Assembly: GCA_964019335.1 (NCBI GenBank)
Contig: OZ025662.1
Span: forward strand, 716,224-780,223
Direction: 5' to 3'
Source: Diplonema japonicum
Lineage: Eukaryota > Protista > Euglenozoa: Diplonemea
DNA length: 64,000 nt
Below are positions 48,620 to 60,893 of the stretch, in pieces. A program made the translations under genes and the position numbers. The notes under the pieces are model-generated. The model did not search any database and had not been told where the DNA came from. It saw only the letters and a list, made by a program, of their open reading frames with translations. The number at the start of each line of letters is the position of its first letter. Position 1 is the stretch's first letter.

Positions 48620-49014
48620 GACAGCCATCTGATGTTCTTGTGAGGCACATCAGCATGAGGTCGGCAGGGTCTGTGCCATCTGTACGGCAAAGCCATCTCC
48701 GACGACCCTCCACCACACACCGCAAGTCTGCGGGTACACAGCGTCAGCCATCCCGAGCGCAGTCTGATCCTCCTGTGGCGTTCGCAGCACCTGTTAAACA
48801 GCTCGAGTCCTGTGCAGTGCAGACAGACCCGCCAATTGCATCACAAGAACGTATCGCGTTTGGAGAAGAGGCAGGTACTCTTTTCGATTCCTCACTCCCA
48901 TTTCCACCTTCCCTCCCCCCTGTTGTACCAGTCAGTGTTGATGCCTTGATTCAGGCGTCACATATCAATGTTCCTGAGAAGCACCTACCGAGGTCTGTTT
49001 CACCAAGACGTTGA
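47974..49014 (+). CDS. SHOCT-domain protein with a disordered tail
   Basis: VEKLYDLAQLRAAGLLSESEFQAAKKKIL matches the SHOCT pattern. Confidence 0.75.
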   Translation: MFGNASDGGTGCLFSYDGDVKPDIVEKLYDLAQLRAAGLLSESEFQAAKKKILDRTRRASSKSDKQHMRMSPEAPMPALREGDVQELSPATHTREPAPVTIHDLQTYQRAESEVVQREPSAEQETALFLQKMHRPPPSPPLLMVSAPPKEAQFKAATNGVVSFPSDTSVPTSSKICVPTPVAMPYPAPRVLTLQEFKRKEQQDRRGSLEEQQEFKGQPSDVLVRHISMRSAGSVPSVRQSHLRRPSTTHRKSAGTQRQPSRAQSDPPVAFAAPVKQLESCAVQTDPPIASQERIAFGEEAGTLFDSSLPFPPSLPPVVPVSVDALIQASHINVPEKHLPRSVSPRR

Positions 49015-49061
49015 GTGTTCATTAACCGCTGCATACACCATCTTACTGTCACACAGGTAGT

Positions 49062-49785
49062 ATGAGTAATATTATAGATCCTGACGAAGATGTAGACCTC
49101 ATGTTCGATGAGTCAACAGAGCAATACACAGGAGAGCGGAGTAGTAATGGGAAGTACGAAGGTGAGGGACATTTGTTTTTTAAATATGGCGAATATAAAG
49201 GAACCTTTAGAGACGGGCAGTTTGAAGGACAAGGCAAGTTGACATTGAACACGGGAAACGTGTATGAGGGGGAATTCTGTAGAGGGAAGCAGAATGGCAA
49301 GGGTACTATGCGGTACGCGGATGGAAAGGTTTTTGTTGGGGAGGTGGCGAATGGAAGGCCGTTTAACTATGGGGAAGAGAAGACTGCAGAGTATGAGTAC
49401 AAAGGAGACTTCTATGACGGTGACTGGCACGGCTTCGGAGAGATTACGTACTTTGGAGAGCACCCAAAGGTATGTGTATTCACCAAATGATAATATTACT
49501 ACAGGCAGGGTGGAAGTACGTTGGAATGTGGGTGGGAGGTAAGTACCACGGAAATGGTACCTTATTTTCTCCAGCAAATATGCAGTGGGCGGGATGCTTC
49601 TCCCGAGGGCACCCCGAGAAGGTGCGCGTGACCCACGGGAACGAACAATGGCAGGAGTATTATCATCAAGGGAAGCTGGTAACAAAGGGTTCTGTAGGTA
49701 AGGTCACCACCAAGGTACTTCCTTTTTTTTGCCGTTGTCTGAATCAACGCAACACACACAGGACCGACGGAACACATATTCATAA
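49062..49785 (+). CDS. MORN repeat protein
   Basis: Repeated YxGxF..G..xGxG motifs; introns 49470-49504 and 49715-49761. Confidence 0.88.
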
Positions 49786-49882
49786 TAAGACGCTATTTGT
49801 TATGTCTGTGGAGACTTTTTAAATGGGGGTCGTTTTTGTATCGCTGGCGCAAATTGATTTATTTGTTTTCTGATGCTTTTTT

Positions 49883-49934
49883 TGAGAACAAGGGAGCGTC
49901 TCACAAAGACTTCCTTTAGCTCATATATATATAT
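49883..49934 (+). repeat. Dispersed repeat family B copy
   Basis: tgagaacaagggagcgtctcacaaagacttcctttagctcatatatat. Confidence 0.85.
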
Positions 49935-50533
49935 TTTTTCTTCTTTCTTTTTTGAAACCGGAGGACTAGCTGCTGAGCGCGTACGCGGACCTTAAATGTT
50001 TGTTTTATTTTATTAAACAGTGACAACTCCCCCTGCACCCTGAAACTTTATCGAATTTTGTTTTTTTTTACCCTTCTAGGACTTTTTTTTCTTCTCCGGC
50101 TTGTACAAACAGCAACAGTCGCCGACTCTTTTTTTTCTTTTTTTGCTCATTTTTGGGGTCTATGAATGAAATCGAGTAGAACCGGGAAAATAATTTTCCT
50201 CGAATAAGATTTCACTCCTAAACAAAACTACTAAAACCACTAGTTTCATAAGAAGTCAAAGGGTAAAGGGGCGGCGCACCTTCGCAAACTTCGGTTACGA
50301 AGTTAGCGGGCAATGGTCCCTGATGGCACATACCTGACTCTAATCTATCCTTTTTATCCCCTTCCGTTTCCTCGAGTTCGACCGTCTTCTGATGTCAGCA
50401 GCAACAATAGGAACACGACAGTCGAGCACCAGGTGCAAATGCTCTTACGAAAGTTAACCAAACGCGTGCAGAAACGACCCTCATTTGCTATTTGTTTTAG
50501 CGACTGCAGTATTTCTTTAAAACAGGTTTGAAT

Positions 50534-51805
50534 ATGGTGCTGAATATTTTAGCTGCTGCTGCCGCTGTTGCGATCATTCCGCAGTGCCAGACAGCTCTCG
50601 ATGCGTGGTGCAACTCGGATGTTTCATGCCTCCATGCCATGCCTGCCGGCGCCACGCTTTACGCCAGGAACAGCACCGCTGAAGGTAGCGGCACCTCAGA
50701 GTACAGATGCTACACGGCAGCGTCATTGTCGCCTGACAAGCGTCATTATAGCAACGGGACGCAATATTGCTCAAGGAATTCTCAACTGACTGCACAGCTG
50801 CAAGGGTGTGAAATAGGCACTAAGTACACCGAGGTTTTTGTTCCCAATGAGCTTGGCTATCCGTGCATCCGTATCCCTGCCATTATGAAAACATCCACAA
50901 ACAGGTTGTTGGCATTTGCGGAATGCAGGAACTTCACAGGTGATGGCTGCGAACCAGTCACCCACACCTCGCACCTTAACAGGAACCGCGACATCTGCGG
51001 GAAATACAGCGATGATCTCGGAAAGACATGGTCCCCTCTGAGGACTCTCTGGAAAGGGGCGATGCAGCCGGCCCCTGTCTGGAGCGACCTGCTGAACGCC
51101 ACAGTCATGCAGTTCAACGACCTTGAAGATAACATCTACCAGTCAGTTTCTAGTGACAATGGGCGCACCTGGTCTGACCGTCAGCAGGTGTACGGCGTCG
51201 TGAAATCTATGGTCGGGCCTGGCGTTGGTCTCCAACTGAAGCAAAGCAATAACAGACTCATGTTCATCGGCCACCAAGGTGCGTACACGTTCGACACTGT
51301 GTGGTACAGCAACGACGGCAAGACCTACAACCAAAGCACCGTCAGCATGATCCACATGGATGAGGCCCAGCTCGTGGAGCTGCCGAGTGGTATCGTTGTT
51401 GCCAACATGAGAAACGACCACATCACCGAGTGCAAGTGCAGGGCCACCTCGTATTCCACTGATGGCGGCCGCACCTTTTCTAAGCTTACATACGACCCGA
51501 CGCTGACCTCACCCATCTGCCAGGCTACTATCATTACGACGAAAAGTGGGAAAGTCGTCTTCGCTAACCCAGCTTCCACCACAAGCCGAACCACAGGTAC
51601 TGTGAGGGTGGGTGTAGAAGGTTCTCAGCCTGGTCAGATCTTGTGGCAGTCGAGCAAGCTCATCTGGCAGGCCGAGTATGGATATAGCTGCCTTACGAGA
51701 CTTGCTGCTGATACTCAGGTTGGTTTATTATGGGAGACATCAGGACCTCAATGCACTGGCACTGGTGCCAGCTGCCGGACTGTGTTCTCTGTTGTGAACG
51801 TGTAG
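50534..51805 (+). CDS. Secreted GH33 sialidase/neuraminidase-family protein
   Basis: Signal peptide; RIP motif; Asp-boxes SDDLGKTW, SSDNGRTW, SNDGKTY, STDGGRTF; C-terminal GYS..LLWE. Confidence 0.9.
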   Translation: MVLNILAAAAAVAIIPQCQTALDAWCNSDVSCLHAMPAGATLYARNSTAEGSGTSEYRCYTAASLSPDKRHYSNGTQYCSRNSQLTAQLQGCEIGTKYTEVFVPNELGYPCIRIPAIMKTSTNRLLAFAECRNFTGDGCEPVTHTSHLNRNRDICGKYSDDLGKTWSPLRTLWKGAMQPAPVWSDLLNATVMQFNDLEDNIYQSVSSDNGRTWSDRQQVYGVVKSMVGPGVGLQLKQSNNRLMFIGHQGAYTFDTVWYSNDGKTYNQSTVSMIHMDEAQLVELPSGIVVANMRNDHITECKCRATSYSTDGGRTFSKLTYDPTLTSPICQATIITTKSGKVVFANPASTTSRTTGTVRVGVEGSQPGQILWQSSKLIWQAEYGYSCLTRLAADTQVGLLWETSGPQCTGTGASCRTVFSVVNV

Positions 51806-51997
51806 TTTGAAATTGATATGATAAACGTTTCGTGCGTGCTTATCCCTGCCCTGCTAGGGATCATATGGTTGGCAAGTAAGGAATATCAGGTCTTACTCTC
51901 CGTTCCCCCTCCCTTTTTATAGACAGTAGCTTTACTGCTGTCGTTGCCCATGTTAAATGTTATTTCGTTAATTTAGTTTTATTGATCCTCTCAGAAC

Positions 51998-53746
51998 ATG
52001 ACTAGTGGTGCAGCGAGTGCCAATGCAAAGGGTATGTTCCACCGTGTGGTTCAGCTTGTAGTGCCTATGTACACTGAGGCCAACCCTTATAGGGGGAGGG
52101 TTGTGCTCTGGACATGTGGGTGTCTAGTTTTAGTGTTTGTTGAGGGGTGGGTGAATGTTGCTTTCAGCAATGCTCAGAGAGACTTCACAAATGCAATGAG
52201 CGAGCGGGATGAGGGGCGTTTCTGGCAGGCAATTAACAGATTCGGGTACCTGTTGTTCATGGCTGCGTTTGTTTTCGCATTGGGCAGCATGGCTCAGCAG
52301 AGGATATGCCTTGAGTGGCGCTCGTCCCTGACGCAAGACTGCCTCAAGTCATACTTCACAGACATCTCTTTCTACAGCGCGAGCATTCTGAAACAAGACA
52401 TCGACAACCCAGGGCAACGTATAGTGGACGATGCCAGATTATGTAGCGAGGAGGGGGTTATGCTTGTATCCACTGTGATTGAGAAGTTCATAAACATCTT
52501 CTCCTTTGTGTACATCTTGTACACCATCTCACCGGGGCTTGTGTGTTTCGTTGTCCTCTACTCTGCGTTGGCCACATACACTTCGTCTTATTTATTCTCG
52601 GCAAAGATCAAAACGCTGCAGCATTCGATGGCCAAGATGGAAGCAAGCTTGCGTCATTTTCTCATTCACATCTATCACTACAGAGAAGAGGTCGCATTCT
52701 GTGGCGGTGGTGAACGTGAGCTTTGCGCTGTCAGCAGTGCCTATGATGAGTTGGGCAACACAGTGCTTGCTCAGCAGCACGTGCACACCTTGATTGAAGG
52801 GTTCCGTAGATGTTTTTCGTACCTCACAGTGCTGCTGCCATACGCAGTCACTGCAGAAAGATACTTCAGCGGCGCTATGACCTTCGGCGAAGTGACGCAA
52901 GTGGGAACCTCATTCTACCATATCAGATCTGGTTTAGGTATTGCTGTTAGCAAATTGGAGAGTTTGCACTCCATAAACACACACTTTGAGAGACTTGGTT
53001 CTCTGCTCGACGCTCTTGAGGAGTCCAGAACAGAATACAGCCTGCAAGCTGCCATTCCTAGCAAGACAATTACCGTAACCCAAGGGGACACGTTAGAGGT
53101 GAGCAACTTAACTATCAAAGTGCCAGGAAGTCCAGGCGGAACTGTGTGCAAGAATCTGTCATTCACTTTGACAAGGGGTATGCGCATTCTCATTCAAGGC
53201 CCAAATGGTTGCGGGAAAACGAGCTTGTTCCGTGCTATTTGTGGACTGTTCAAAAATGGTTCGGGCACGGTCCAGGTGCCTGACAAGATGTTTGTTGTCC
53301 CCCAGCGGACCTACTTGCCGATCGGGTCTGGTCTTAGGGAGCAGCTGTGGTACCCCCACTTGTGTGACCCCTCATGTGATGCCACTCTTGTAGACGTGCT
53401 GCATAAGGTGGGGTTGGGCGGGCTGACGACGCGCACTGGAGGGTGGGACACGCAAATGGACCTTTCCTCAGTGCTCAGTCCAGGCGAGCAACAGCGCCTT
53501 GGGTTTGCTCGTATGTTACGCTGCAGGCCACGTGTGGCACTTCTTGATGAAGCCACTTCTGCTGTTGACGAGAAGTCAGAAGCACTGTTGTACAACACTC
53601 TCATCAAGACTGTCCCAACCTTCATCTCCATAGGGCACCGAAAAAGCCTCCTTCAGTATCACTCGCACGTCCTCAGCTGCACTGACGGCTCTGAGTGGCG
53701 TTTGCTCACCACAGAAGCGTTGCAACGATTGGAAAAAGAGACTTAA
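51998..53746 (+). CDS. ABCD-subfamily half transporter
   Basis: DNPGQRI, Walker A GPNGCGKTS, LSPGEQQR, LLDEATSA and SIGHR. Confidence 0.92.
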   Translation: MTSGAASANAKGMFHRVVQLVVPMYTEANPYRGRVVLWTCGCLVLVFVEGWVNVAFSNAQRDFTNAMSERDEGRFWQAINRFGYLLFMAAFVFALGSMAQQRICLEWRSSLTQDCLKSYFTDISFYSASILKQDIDNPGQRIVDDARLCSEEGVMLVSTVIEKFINIFSFVYILYTISPGLVCFVVLYSALATYTSSYLFSAKIKTLQHSMAKMEASLRHFLIHIYHYREEVAFCGGGERELCAVSSAYDELGNTVLAQQHVHTLIEGFRRCFSYLTVLLPYAVTAERYFSGAMTFGEVTQVGTSFYHIRSGLGIAVSKLESLHSINTHFERLGSLLDALEESRTEYSLQAAIPSKTITVTQGDTLEVSNLTIKVPGSPGGTVCKNLSFTLTRGMRILIQGPNGCGKTSLFRAICGLFKNGSGTVQVPDKMFVVPQRTYLPIGSGLREQLWYPHLCDPSCDATLVDVLHKVGLGGLTTRTGGWDTQMDLSSVLSPGEQQRLGFARMLRCRPRVALLDEATSAVDEKSEALLYNTLIKTVPTFISIGHRKSLLQYHSHVLSCTDGSEWRLLTTEALQRLEKET

Positions 53747-53807
53747 GTACCCCTTTTTATTTTATCCTTTGCAATCTTCATGTCATCACAGTTGCACATG
53801 TCAGAAA

Positions 53808-56800
53808 ATGAGCATCAGTGCACTTGTGCTGCTACAAGCATGTACATCATGTCCCACCGGTTGGTCATATGTACCGAACAGCGCCAAGTGCTTCAAGATG
53901 AGCATAGCTACTGGAATGTGGGAAGACAACGTGTGTGAATCAGAAACAGCAGGTTCTGAGATGATTTCAGTTGCAGACCAGGCGGAACTTTCCTTTTTGC
54001 AGCAGCAAGGCGCAAATGGGTATGTGGGCATAAGCAGGCTTGAGAGCACGCGGGCAAAGTGGAAATGGCGAAGCTCATCAAGCTACAACAAGTGGCAGAT
54101 GGGCCACCCGCAGCCTGGCACGGACTGTGCCTGTTTGGGAACGACAACCTCATCTCTGATTGCAGTATGCAAATACAAGGAGGTCTGTTCTTGTTCGTGT
54201 CCGTCAAATGTGAATCTCACTCCTTATGACTTTCTTGGGGAACACACAAACATAGGGAGCTGTGCTGGGAAGGTGATGGACGGTGTCTGCAGAGAGTACA
54301 AGCAGTACGCATCTTTGAACTCCCAGTCCGCCGACACCCTAGCCGTGATACGCTCGGAGGTCGACAGGGATGCGATCGTGGACTATGTAGAGAACACTTT
54401 GAATCAGCGGGCAGTCGTTGTAGACCTCAACTACAGGAACCCAGATAGCTTCACGTTCTACGATACTACGGAGAGCCTTGACCGCTCGCTGTGGCACTTT
54501 CACGAACCAGACCATACGTCTCCCTGCTCCTACATAGGTGACCCGTGTGACACGGGCTACGTGTGTGACCATCCATGCAATGAGGTGAAAGTTTCCTTGT
54601 GTGAGACGCCCTCTGTGAATGGAGGGTGTCCACTGTTGTGGACCCTTGATGCTGCGTCGAGCATGTGTTACGCGGCAACGTCCAGCAGCTCTATGTGGAG
54701 CGCCACCGCCTGTTCGACGTTGTCCGTAAGCGCATCATACGCTACACCTGTCTTGGCCTCGCCACGCACGAAGGACGTCCTTAACCTAGTTACAAACCCT
54801 CTTGTTGGGATGTGGATATCGCTGAATAGTCTAGAAACAGTGCGGCGTGACTGGGGGTGGTTCACGCAATTTCCTACCCAATACACAACAACGTCGATGG
54901 ATATGGTGTGGAAGACAAACTTGCCAAATCTGAAGGAGTGCGCTTACATGAGCAGCGGCAGTTTGGTCGATGCCAGTTGTGGCGAGTCTCATACGTCGGT
55001 TTGTGAAGAAGCATGGACAGCCTCGTGCACAGGGAGTAAGGTGGGCAACAAGTGTTTCTCCCTAACAGCTTCGTCGCAGGCTTGGGGCCAACAGTCCTGC
55101 GTTTTGGCCACAATAGAAACCGACCAGGAGTTCTCCGCCATCGACACTCTGGTGCGCACGCAGTTTGTGGGACAGTCGTGGGTGGGGCTGAATTCATTAG
55201 AGAGGTTCCGTGGGTGGAAGTGGCTGAGTGGCAGTACAACCTACGATATGAACACACATATCTGGGACATATCAAATTTGGATTTGACCAGCGACTGTGG
55301 CGTTGTTGGCAGTTGCCAGACTGGGAAGCTGTGCGTTTCTCTTTGCCACACAACTCGGAGGCATGTTTGCACGGTTGCAGCTGATCTTACTGCTGAACCG
55401 ACTACTGCCCCCGAAACAGCAATACCTGCACTTCCGACAGCCAACCCCACTGTGGTGCCCACCGTTGTGCCAACGCTGGTGCCTGTGCCCCCTCAAACAC
55501 AGATGCCCCCACCCTCTACCAACACAACAGACGCACCTCCCACGTTGGTTCCCACCATCCCACCCATCTCTCGTGAGACTATCGCTCCTACCCAGATTCC
55601 AGCCACCTCTGTCCCTTCCCTCCCAGGAGCAGAGGAAGTGGAAACCATTGGAACAGTCGCTGCCGGTGTGTCAGCATTGAGCGCCTTTGCTTCACCTTCC
55701 GCTGCTATTTATGCTTCGCAGATGGCGCTAGTTCTCAGCACGGAATGCAACCCCAAGACGGACTGGTCCAAACTGAGCCGCATGAGCCACCCAACACAGT
55801 GGGAACTGCAGGACAATATATTGGTAGGCGGCGTGATTAGCAACTTAGGGCTAATCGGCGTGTTTTATATTGTGCACAGCATTGTGACAGCTATCACATT
55901 GCCTTTCATGAACACACTCCTTGCCGCTCAGGGATTGCTCAGATTCCCCTCAGCAGGGCTCTTTGTTTTCTTGTTTCTTTACCAGGGGACTGCGTTCTGT
56001 GCTATACGACTTGTTGCACACGAGCAGCGCTACGTATATCAGTCTGTGATAGGCTTCATGGGCTTGCTAATCTGCCTCGTTGTGCCTGTTGTAGCAGCAT
56101 ATCACGTTGCACGTCTCACGCCGAGTGTGGGGTGGCGCAAAGCATATAACCCTTACCCCAAGTGCAGGTACATCGAAGACCCGGAGACGAAAGGAAAGTT
56201 GATACGCTACCTCATCGGCAGAGGTGAGTGGGTGAGTGTCCCAAAGGACTGCAAGTGGGACCAACGGTACACCACCGTGTTGCGCCCGTATCATGAAACG
56301 GGGGCTTGGTACGGGTCTCTTTTGCAGTGTGTTGCTATGCTGCTTTTGGCAGTGTGCAGTTCACAAACTACTCCCACACTCGAGTCATGCGGCCATGTGA
56401 AACTAATGTCCGCCATTGTGTACTTGGTGTTGATGACGGCGAACTTGATTCTGCGGCCTTTTTGCCGCGAGCGCGACTTGGTGATTGAAACAATTATCAA
56501 TCTCCTCCTGGCTTCAAGTCTTCTCAGCATGGGGGCTGGGTTTTATGCAGGCAAGACCGAAGGTGCGATGTTTGAGGCGTCTGCAGTGTTGGCGCAGATC
56601 GCGTTAGGGTTCATTCTGTTGAAGGTGGTGCTAGAAATTATATCAGAAGTGATAATTTTGATAACCGACAGGAGGGACAAGTTGCAGGACTTGCAGTGGA
56701 GCCAAGCTGACGACGCCATGAAACTAGTGCTGCTGGACGACTTTGGAACAGAGCTCATAAACTTGGACAGGCAGGACACAATGAACGGAACAGCTTTTGA

Positions 56801-57002
56801 TGATATCGATAGGATGCAAAGCAGCTTCCCTTCCGCAAAGCACACGGCCCCCGCCGGGTCGTTTAGATTACCAGCTACAACTTCGAGCCTCAGCATTTTT
56901 GGCCCCTCTCCTTCTCCTTGTATCCTCACCAGCTCCTTTGCTACCACGCGTAGTCATGGTCCCCTCACCGGTAAGAACCCAAGCGAAGATGTTTTGTTAT
57001 GA
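53808..57002 (+). CDS. Membrane protein with multiple C-type lectin-like domains, a P/T-rich stalk and a multi-TM C-terminus
   Basis: CPTGW..CF, WVGLN and WISLN motifs; mucin-like linker; several hydrophobic segments. Confidence 0.82.
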   Translation: MSISALVLLQACTSCPTGWSYVPNSAKCFKMSIATGMWEDNVCESETAGSEMISVADQAELSFLQQQGANGYVGISRLESTRAKWKWRSSSSYNKWQMGHPQPGTDCACLGTTTSSLIAVCKYKEVCSCSCPSNVNLTPYDFLGEHTNIGSCAGKVMDGVCREYKQYASLNSQSADTLAVIRSEVDRDAIVDYVENTLNQRAVVVDLNYRNPDSFTFYDTTESLDRSLWHFHEPDHTSPCSYIGDPCDTGYVCDHPCNEVKVSLCETPSVNGGCPLLWTLDAASSMCYAATSSSSMWSATACSTLSVSASYATPVLASPRTKDVLNLVTNPLVGMWISLNSLETVRRDWGWFTQFPTQYTTTSMDMVWKTNLPNLKECAYMSSGSLVDASCGESHTSVCEEAWTASCTGSKVGNKCFSLTASSQAWGQQSCVLATIETDQEFSAIDTLVRTQFVGQSWVGLNSLERFRGWKWLSGSTTYDMNTHIWDISNLDLTSDCGVVGSCQTGKLCVSLCHTTRRHVCTVAADLTAEPTTAPETAIPALPTANPTVVPTVVPTLVPVPPQTQMPPPSTNTTDAPPTLVPTIPPISRETIAPTQIPATSVPSLPGAEEVETIGTVAAGVSALSAFASPSAAIYASQMALVLSTECNPKTDWSKLSRMSHPTQWELQDNILVGGVISNLGLIGVFYIVHSIVTAITLPFMNTLLAAQGLLRFPSAGLFVFLFLYQGTAFCAIRLVAHEQRYVYQSVIGFMGLLICLVVPVVAAYHVARLTPSVGWRKAYNPYPKCRYIEDPETKGKLIRYLIGRGEWVSVPKDCKWDQRYTTVLRPYHETGAWYGSLLQCVAMLLLAVCSSQTTPTLESCGHVKLMSAIVYLVLMTANLILRPFCRERDLVIETIINLLLASSLLSMGAGFYAGKTEGAMFEASAVLAQIALGFILLKVVLEIISEVIILITDRRDKLQDLQWSQADDAMKLVLLDDFGTELINLDRQDTMNGTAFDDIDRMQSSFPSAKHTAPAGSFRLPATTSSLSIFGPSPSPCILTSSFATTRSHGPLTGKNPSEDVLL

Positions 57003-59539
57003 ACTCTTCTACTTATTTCGCCTTTCAGAAAATTGATTTCAAAGGCAACACCCCCACCCCCACCCTCCCCATCCCCGTCGTCGCTCTCACCGCACGACTA
57101 GTTTCTTTGCTGTAAACCAAAAGAAGTCGTCCGGAAGTGGTGAAGAATTTTACTGTTAGTGTGCTGAGATGTATCATTTGATACGTGAAGCTTTCGGTGC
57201 ATCACGGCGTTGCCTCGTCTTGCTCTTTGTCAGGAGGAAGGCTTCAGTTTACAGTACTGACATCTGTTTAATTCAGTTATATATTTTTTTTTTTATGTGT
57301 TAGTAGCCATATTCTAGTTATAGTAGTTACTACAGTAAAAAAGGTGGAAATTATACTGGGTGAGGGGATTGAGTTTGAGTTTAGGTTTAGGTTTCTTTCT
57401 CTCTTTTTTTTTCTTCCTCGGGCTCAGTCGGTTTCCCTTTTGCTGTATTATAAAAATAACGTGCCATATTCGTAAAGGGAAAGCAGTATCTATCTATGTG
57501 AAATGAAAGAAATCGCTTTTAATCTTAAGGCATGTATGAGAGCCTAAGGTTTGCCGTGGTGAGACTAATCTATTTTTAGCTTTCTCCTGAAATCCAACTG
57601 CTTCGCTTTACGACAATGGAATCCATGTTTTTACAACATGGGTATTTCTAAAGAACTCTCGCACTTAACGATTTAATTGTTATTTTGAAGTAATAAAAGA
57701 AAGAAAGAAAAGAAAGAAAAAAAGAAATTGCACAGGAAGAAGAAGAAATAGGGAATAGAAATCATCTTCGTTGATCTTTTAATGCTGACCATAGTAGAGT
57801 CAACCGGTCACCACCGCCACAACGGGTTTTCGGTTTTTAGTTACATCATGTTTAATAAAATTGAAGTCAATCGGAGAAGCATGCAACTGACGTACAACTG
57901 ACCCTTCTATTCGTCTCCCTAGAGCATCGAAACGACATAGAAAAGGGGGCGGGTTTGCAGCCCGACGGTGATCGGTTAACTCAGAACTATGGACCGCAAT
58001 TTTTTAAAAAAAAGGAAGAAGGGGAAAAAGATTTTTTTCTAACTTTTTTTTATTTTTTTTTAAAAAAGAATTCTTATTTCCTTCTGTCGTGCTCTCCTTC
58101 GCCTCTTTTCTAGCTTATCCTTCATTTTTTTGAGGCTGTTGTGGTATGTTTCTCGGGTTTGACCAATCGTTTATTGACCTTCAGAAAACAAAAAAAAAGA
58201 ACAAAAAAAGCTTCCCTCTTATATTTTCTGCTTCAAATCTTTAATTTAGGTCAATCCTCGCTCGTTTGTTTGCGAGGCAAACACGAAATTGTGTGTGTTG
58301 TGTGTGTGTGTGTGTGTGTGTGTGTTCCCCCTTGATCATCACCACGGTAATCAGGAGTCATTCGTGGTGCCATCCAAATTCCAAAGGTGTTGCCCTCAAG
58401 TCAATTCGATTTTTGGTTTATGCAAATCCCGCGTGGGAAGGGGTTTCTTTACAAAGGTTAAAACAATGCACCCATGCAAGACTCTTAGCTCGGTAGAACA
58501 TGCTTTGTTTTCATCCCCCCCTTTTATTTTTTAAGGCTTTTTTTTTTGTGGCACCTTGGTAGCCCTGTCTAGAATTAAATGAACGAACGCAACAAGAAAA
58601 CGAAAGAAAAAGAATATCGCAACTCACGTTAGTCCAGTGCTTCATAGAGCGCACTGGAGAAAGAAAGCATCTCGTGAAAAATAAAAAAAGAGAACGAGCC
58701 CATAGTTCACCCGCACTTGCCGACACACCCTTTTTTGGGCGAGTCAAGGCGATTGGAGTAAATGTAGTAAATATGCCAGCTGGAAAAAAAGTGGGGTTTT
58801 TTTTATTTTTTTTTAAAAAATCTTTTTTAACTTTGTTCGGAGTATGGGCTCTGTTGTGTTCTGTGGCCCCTGCCGGAGTGCTTTTGTTCTCTCCTGCTCA
58901 GCCGGCCCTTGTTGGTCTTCTGGAAAGGAACCCACTTTGAGCTTCTCACAACGTGAGAAGTTCCGCCAGTGTATAGACTTCAGCTTACAAATATAAAAAC
59001 GAAAGAAATAAGTAAAGAAAGAAGGGAAAAAAAAAAGATAATTGGTTTTTTAAGTTACTGTAAATCTCTTAATTTTTCCGGGACGAACCTTATTTGACCT
59101 TCATTTTGTGATTGTATTGTTTCCCCCCCGGCTGCCAAACAAAAAGAAACATGGTCTTATCTTTTCCCCCCTCATCCCGATGCTGGAATCTAAAGAATAA
59201 GTAGCCTGACAATAATAAAAGACCGGAAATGAAGGGAATCTTTTCTTCCCGGCCAAAATTAAGAGTAATCGTATTTTAAATTATTAACCCTAACCGAGGA
59301 TGTGGAAAATCTAGGCTTTGCATAGGTCTTTATTTAAAGAACTTATTGATTTAATATACGGATGTGCAGTGTTGCCCTGCCTGTCTTTTCGTGTATTCTT
59401 TTTTTTCTGTCTTCTTTATATTTCCTTCTATTTCAAGTATTCAACTGCATCATGCCGGTAATATAAATACCCAGGTTAAAAGAAGTGAGTCACCATTGAC
59501 GAGGCGCACACGTGCGCAGGGGATCGAGGATAGAAAGAG

Positions 59540-60705
59540 TACAAGAAGAGGAAAGGTGAGATACGTTGGCTGCCAAACGCCTGTATGCAGACTGGATGTC
59601 CCGCTCGAAGCTGTTTGGAAGCGGCGTCATTTAGTGGTCCCTGTCAACAAAAGGAGGTGCGAGTGAAATGCAAAACTTAAAGACGATTGCTGGTGTCGCT
59701 GCTACCAGCGCACGTAGGGTGACCTACGACCACCCAGGTAGTAACATCCCTGTAGTCATTCAGACCCTACAGTATGCCCTTCTAATTTACTTGTTAACAT
59801 TTTACAGCTCGGTATCTTAATTCCGAAGGTCCATCAAACGTGCATGAACTACAACGATTTTGTGAAGACCTTCGACTGCGATCTCGAAGCCAAACCCCCA
59901 TTTTGCCTTAAATGAGGCTGGGAGGTGTTACCGAAGTGTAAGTTGTACTAATGCATGCCCTCGATGCTGGTAAGGAGTACGAGTACGGAATGAGCCTACT
60001 GACTCGAAACAACAGGTTAAAGTTTGTGAGGATGATGGCATGTATCCGTGCAAAGATCCTGGAGCGCAAGGCATTCTGTTCCTTTTACCTCGTTGAAGAA
60101 TGGGAAGGATGCAGACCCTGATGAGTTATAGTGAATTAGTTTGTATGCACACTTGATTCGTTATTCCCCTCCCTCCCAACGAGGTGAGGACCACACACGA
60201 GACGCCGAGATGCAGCGTGTGGAGCAACGCGAGAAGCAGGCAAATGAAGAAAGAGACCACACTAAGAAGAATGCGCACTACAGAGGCTCAAAACAGAGCC
60301 ATGGGCCAACAGATCGAAGAGATGAAAGCCGCACATGCGCAGCACGCGTCTATGGAACGCAGGTTGGAGAAACTGCGTGACGAGGCCAGTGAGACAGAAC
60401 ACATGGCAGCGTTGCGTCAGAAGGAGCTCGAAAGCGAGAACAGGAACATACGTACTGAGTACGAAGCGTCTGCTGCGCACAAGGAAGCGCTGCAGAATGA
60501 AAACCAAAATCTTCAAAATCAGGTCCGAGCCCTTCAGGAGGAACAGGAGCACATGAGAGCCGAGGCTGCGAAACAGGCATCGAAGCCGAAGGCAAAACGC
60601 TCACGAACAGGCGGACGGGGCGAAGGAGGCACCGCCAAGGGGAGATGGATGTTCGTCAAAGAGAAAAACCCGTCCGATCCGAACTCTGATGAGGAAAATG
60701 TGTGA
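59540..60705 (+). pseudogene. Decayed gene remnant (Cys-rich fragments plus a coiled-coil tail ORF)
   Basis: Coding-like composition broken by stops and frameshifts; a GTATG..ACAG intron-like segment near 59772-59807; intact coiled-coil ORF 60184-60705. Confidence 0.4.
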
Positions 60706-60893
60706 AGAAGAAAAGAAGAAAAAAAGAAAAGAAAAGAAAGGCTATTCGCTTAGTACCGAAATTCACTTAGTACCCAAAAAAGTCCAAAATTCGGTTCATT
60801 TTTTTTTTTTTTTCATCTCGTAGCTATTATTTACCCCCAGGAACCAGAAATACGTAAAAAAGAAGAAGAAGAAAAAAAAAAAAAAAGAAAACC

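Noticed and set aside
58893-58960. Resemblance to the L1Tc/ingi 5' signature (ctcagccggcc) or an HDV-like ribozyme
   Set aside because: Only ~11 nt match and the pseudoknot pairings cannot be built.
60744-60775. Short direct repeat attc(g/a)cttagtacc upstream of the isolated SL exon
   Set aside because: Only two copies, no partner terminus, and no match to the SL gene upstream block.
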